Origin: an uncultured virus (IMG/VR IMGVR_UViG_3300020469_000014)
Taxonomy: Duplodnaviria; Heunggongvirae; Uroviricota; Caudoviricetes
Strand: one strand, 5' to 3'
DNA length: 20,000 nucleotides
IMG/VR virus record: IMGVR_UViG_3300020469_000014
Location: 114,055 to 134,054 of that record
In this document: positions 17,307 through 20,000 of the stretch, piece by piece
Numbering within the stretch: position 1 is the first letter of the stretch
How the letters are laid out: every line of letters begins with the position of its first letter
Position numbers and translations under genes: made by a program
The notes under the pieces: model-generated
What the model saw: only the letters and a program-made list of their open reading frames with translations
Told to the model about the DNA's origin: nothing
Databases searched by the model: none

Positions 17307-17736
17307 CGAAGTAGTCCTTTCGGTAGTAACGTCCTAGCACATTAGAATTATAGTATGCAGGCTCTCCGTTGTCAAGAGCCTCAGTCAATACGTTATTTAG
17401 AAAGAGTTGTCTGGTCTCCTCATAGTTGGTTTTTCCTAGTGTAGTATGAAGGGATATTATCTCTCTGCTAAAGGTGTCCTTACCGTACTCCTTAACGTCG
17501 GCCTTGAGTTCTGGGGAACTTCCATAATACTTCTTCCAATCGGACTCTGAAGTAACTCTCCTTTTACCACCTTTTGGCTTACGTCTCTGCACGAAATACT
17601 TTCTACCGATGTACTTTTTACCTGTTGTCTTATTAGTAATGAGGTAGACGAAACCGAAGAAATCGCCAATGTCGTCAGTAGTAAAAGGTTTACCCTCATA
17701 TAGCCAGGGGTTTTCGTAAACTCCTCCTTCAACCAT
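17299..17736 (-). CDS. GIY-YIG endonuclease (Seg/endonuclease II-like, catalytic domain only)
   Basis: GFVYLITNKTTGKKYIG, YYGSS, conserved E (NYEE) and YYN motifs. Confidence 0.85.
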   Translation of the reverse strand: MVEGGVYENPWLYEGKPFTTDDIGDFFGFVYLITNKTTGKKYIGRKYFVQRRKPKGGKRRVTSESDWKKYYGSSPELKADVKEYGKDTFSREIISLHTTLGKTNYEETRQLFLNNVLTEALDNGEPAYYNSNVLGRYYRKDYFDA

Positions 17737-17746
17737 ATCATGATTT

Positions 17747-17875
17747 TCATATCTTCACACTATGTATATGAGGTCTCTGATCCTGTTGTACCCACCACTG
17801 CATCGAACAAACATACAATGTTTGGAATAGTATTAGGGATAATATAATTGTTACATTCTGCCATTGAATTGTCAT
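17747..17875 (-). CDS. Small putative membrane protein (42 aa; not in ORF track)
   Basis: MTIQWQNVTIILSLILFQTLYVCSMQWWVQQDQRPHIHSVKI has one hydrophobic segment and an ATGA overlap with the upstream ORF. Confidence 0.55.
   Translation of the reverse strand: MTIQWQNVTIILSLILFQTLYVCSMQWWVQQDQRPHIHSVKI
17761..17771 (-). promoter_or_regulatory. Late-promoter-like motif TCATATACATA (copy 2)
   Basis: 24 nt before the GIY-YIG ATG; identical to 15673-15683. Confidence 0.45.
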
Positions 17876-18033
17876 GACCAAATCCTAGTTAGTTGACGAA
17901 CATCTGTTACACCATAGAGTGCCTTGACAGTTCGTTCTGCATCCTCTCTTAAATTAGATGGTGAAAAGAATTCTACTTTTGTTAATCTATTTGAGTCAAG
18001 TAGAATCTGCGCTGACCACTTAGTTTCTTTCAT
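17872..18033 (-). CDS. Small hypothetical protein (53 aa; not in ORF track)
   Basis: MKETKWSAQILLDSNRLTKVEFFSPSNLREDAERTVKALYGVTDVRQLTRIWS, with ATGA overlaps at both ends. Confidence 0.75.
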   Translation of the reverse strand: MKETKWSAQILLDSNRLTKVEFFSPSNLREDAERTVKALYGVTDVRQLTRIWS

Positions 18034-18719
18034 GTCAATTTATTCCAAGTGTCTTTCCAATCTGTGACTGTCACAACCATACCTAGTTTGTTATCTGTAA
18101 TGGCATCTGCTAATGGTCTATCATTACCACCTTCTTCCATCCTATCTCCAAAGAATACTAAATCACCGTCAGGAAAGTCTCTAATGATCTGACCCTTATC
18201 ACTTCCCTTACTTGAAATGTCAACACCTGTTATACCACCAACAAAGGCATGTAACTCTGGAAACTTTTCATTGAATCTAGTTGATATTCCTTCTCTCTCT
18301 TTCTTAATATCATCCCAATCACTATAAACTAATCTCTCTGTATGATTGGCACCTCTACCAACAATACTAAAGTTGACACAGCCTGGTCTTTCTTCTATAT
18401 GGTTTCCTGTTCTTACAGGGAAGTGACTCTCATGTAGTTCTTCTAGAAGATGTTCCTTTGCATCTAATGGCAACGTCCAATCGTTTCTGAATGTCAGAAG
18501 ATCTCCCTCATAAACATCATTACCAGCACAATTATACACCCTCTTACAATTACAGTAAAGAAGGTGTGTAATTTGTTCTATAGTTTTCTCTCTATTACTT
18601 CCTGTTACCAGATAAACTTCGTTTGCCAAGGCAAAACTGTTGAAGAATATTAGAAAGTCAGGGTCAATCTTTTGTCTACTGGGTGTGAGAGTCCCATCGA
18701 CATCAAAAATATATTTCAT
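18030..18719 (-). CDS. Eukaryotic-type phosphomannomutase (HAD-IIB)
   Basis: FDVDGTLT, VTGS, HIEERPGCVNFSIVGR, GGITGVDI...DK and FFGDRMEEGGND motifs. Confidence 0.87.
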   Translation of the reverse strand: MKYIFDVDGTLTPSRQKIDPDFLIFFNSFALANEVYLVTGSNREKTIEQITHLLYCNCKRVYNCAGNDVYEGDLLTFRNDWTLPLDAKEHLLEELHESHFPVRTGNHIEERPGCVNFSIVGRGANHTERLVYSDWDDIKKEREGISTRFNEKFPELHAFVGGITGVDISSKGSDKGQIIRDFPDGDLVFFGDRMEEGGNDRPLADAITDNKLGMVVTVTDWKDTWNKLT

Positions 18720-18725
18720 TTATCC

Positions 18726-18753
18726 ATTATACACATTATAAAAAGTTTGTCAA
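18726..18753 (-). promoter_or_regulatory. Consensus sigma70-type promoter
   Basis: TTGACA (18753-18748), 16-nt spacer, TATAAT (18731-18726). Confidence 0.82.
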
Positions 18754-20000
18754 CTATTCTCCGCCTCCGTCGCCTCCGCCGTTCCCGCCACCATTTCCAC
18801 CGTTACCGTTTCCACCATGTCCATTACCATTACCGTTTCCATTCTTTCCATTGGTATCATCATCTGAATTGTCTGGTTTTAACATTCCGCCATAACCAAC
18901 TCTATATCCTTTAGGGATAGACTTGCATTTCTTATCATCATTACAATAGTATTCACCTTCACCACACTTTTTCTTCTCTTCATCTATTTCATTCTTTCTT
19001 ACATACTCCTTTCCACCAGCCCCTATGTCAGTTACCTTAACTTTGATCTTTGATGGATCTTTAAGTTTAACTTTAACCATTGGTTTCTTTGCTTCATCTA
19101 CAAACTTAACAGGATGTGATTCGGTTCCACCTGTCTTAGGATTATACTTTGTAGTTCTAGGGTTCTTAGGATCATCACTCTTGAAGTCTTTATGAAGTTT
19201 ATTATATGCCTTCTTGGTCATCTTAATATCTTCATTCATTTTCTTCTTGACTTTTAGATTCTCTAATCTCTCAATAGAAGCTGTCAACTTTGCCTTCTTT
19301 GCAGTGTCAGATGATTTTGAAGAATAGGATTCAGAAGTTGTAGTAGTCTTATCTTCATCACCCTCATATGTACTTAAATTTTTCTTGAGTTGCTTTCTTT
19401 TTTTGTAATCTGTTATCTTATCAAATTTTATTCTGCCTGCCTTATTGCCAACGTAAATATCCTCCTGTTCCTTAGTCATCTTACCAAACTCTTCTCCTAC
19501 TATTTTCTTAGTAGTGTCTATCTCCATCTGTCTTCCTTTGTCTTGATTCTTAGGATTAGTGGATCTGCCTAATTTTTTTGCAATCCTTGTTCTCTTGGCA
19601 ATTTCAGACTCACCAGCTGAAGAATCGTACATAGATCTCTCAGCCTCTCTTCTAATCTCAGAGTCTTTTTTTCTTGCGAGTCTTTCTTTAGTTGATTTTG
19701 GTTCAGTTAAGGCAGTTTTTCTACCTTCTACGTCTTCGTTCACCTTCTTCTTGGGTTTATCAGTACTAACATATGTAGGCTTGGCAGCACCTGACTTAGA
19801 CTGTTGGCCTGGATCTGCTTTCTTTTTTCTTCTGGATGCTGATGCTCTTTCTGCCTTAGTCATACTTGCACGTTTAGATGATGATACACACTTAGGAGTA
19901 CCCTCACCTGGCTCATCACTTGCACAGGTTCCACCTGTAACTACGTTGACCCAACCACCTTTACCATCTTTAGACTTAGATCCCTTGAACCACTTATGTA
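18754..20000 (-). CDS. Lys-rich probable internal virion/head protein, 5'-truncated by the window edge
   Basis: The frame stays open upstream of the track start (HKWFKGSKSKDGKGGWVNVVTGGTCASDEPGEGTPKCVSSSKRAS-MTKAE...). The protein is highly charged, has recurring hydrophobic-x-E motifs and ends in a G/N tail. Function is inferred. Confidence 0.65.
   Translation of the reverse strand, partial: HKWFKGSKSKDGKGGWVNVVTGGTCASDEPGEGTPKCVSSSKRASMTKAERASASRRKKKADPGQQSKSGAAKPTYVSTDKPKKKVNEDVEGRKTALTEPKSTKERLARKKDSEIRREAERSMYDSSAGESEIAKRTRIAKKLGRSTNPKNQDKGRQMEIDTTKKIVGEEFGKMTKEQEDIYVGNKAGRIKFDKITDYKKRKQLKKNLSTYEGDEDKTTTTSESYSSKSSDTAKKAKLTASIERLENLKVKKKMNEDIKMTKKAYNKLHKDFKSDDPKNPRTTKYNPKTGGTESHPVKFVDEAKKPMVKVKLKDPSKIKVKVTDIGAGGKEYVRKNEIDEEKKKCGEGEYYCNDDKKCKSIPKGYRVGYGGMLKPDNSDDDTNGKNGNGNGNGHGGNGNGGNGGGNGGGDGGGE
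18757..18852 (-). repeat. Gly/Asn low-complexity coding repeat
   Basis: Encodes NGKNGNGNGNGHGGNGNGGNGGGNGGGDGGGE; degenerate 6-12 nt periodicity. Confidence 0.85.

Noticed and set aside
17299..17736. Intron-encoded or mobile homing endonuclease
   Set aside because: The flanks are intact small ORFs rather than a split gene, and there is no C-terminal DNA-binding extension or visible intron core.
10722..18719. Complete ascorbate (Smirnoff-Wheeler) pathway feeding the 2OG oxygenases
   Set aside because: Only PMM and GME-like steps are visible. No GDP-L-galactose phosphorylase or downstream dehydrogenases are recognisable, and the adjacent GTs explain GME more simply.
2512..19572. Plus-strand ORFs and most nested minus-strand ORFs in the track (e.g. 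2990-3322, 9135-9419, 9474-9776, 11036-11338, 18672-18914)
   Set aside because: They lie within or opposite genes with strong family motifs and have no motifs or coupled starts of their own, so they are treated as shadow ORFs. 17457-17750 is kept only because of its coupled start.
18754..19863. ORF-track start at 19863
   Set aside because: The frame stays open with plausible protein sequence to the window end, so the true start lies beyond 20000.
1..20000. tRNA, rRNA, CRISPR arrays, transposases and strong intrinsic terminators
   Set aside because: No intergenic space is long enough, and no such patterns were seen by eye.

Overview
Gene-dense window in which every credible gene lies on the minus strand, most joined by overlapping start/stop codons. 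Gene content and regulatory motifs resemble a T4-like marine cyanomyovirus (Synechococcus/Prochlorococcus phage); this is an inference from family recognition, not a database search. Positions 1-12560 hold a glycan-biosynthesis cluster: a GT25, three GT11 paralogs, a GT7C/GT2-like enzyme, a GT10, a UDP-glucose dehydrogenase, three NDP-sugar epimerases (one GDP-mannose 3',5'-epimerase-like) and two methyltransferases. An NAD synthetase and a stand-alone nitrilase-family amidase are embedded in it, and a T4-late-like promoter precedes the GME-like gene. Upstream (12557-20000) are 2OG-Fe(II)/JmjC oxygenases, a peroxiredoxin, a Phd-like protein, an HD-like protein, a GIY-YIG nuclease, a eukaryotic-type phosphomannomutase, several small ORFs (three missing from the ORF track) and the 3' part of a Lys-rich probable internal virion protein. 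Two near-consensus sigma70 promoters are visible. The most interesting hypotheses are: a GDP-L-galactose-based, methylated, late-expressed phage glycosylation system possibly coupled to protein hydroxylation; a split glutamine-dependent NAD synthetase; and an overprinted gene inside the nuclease.
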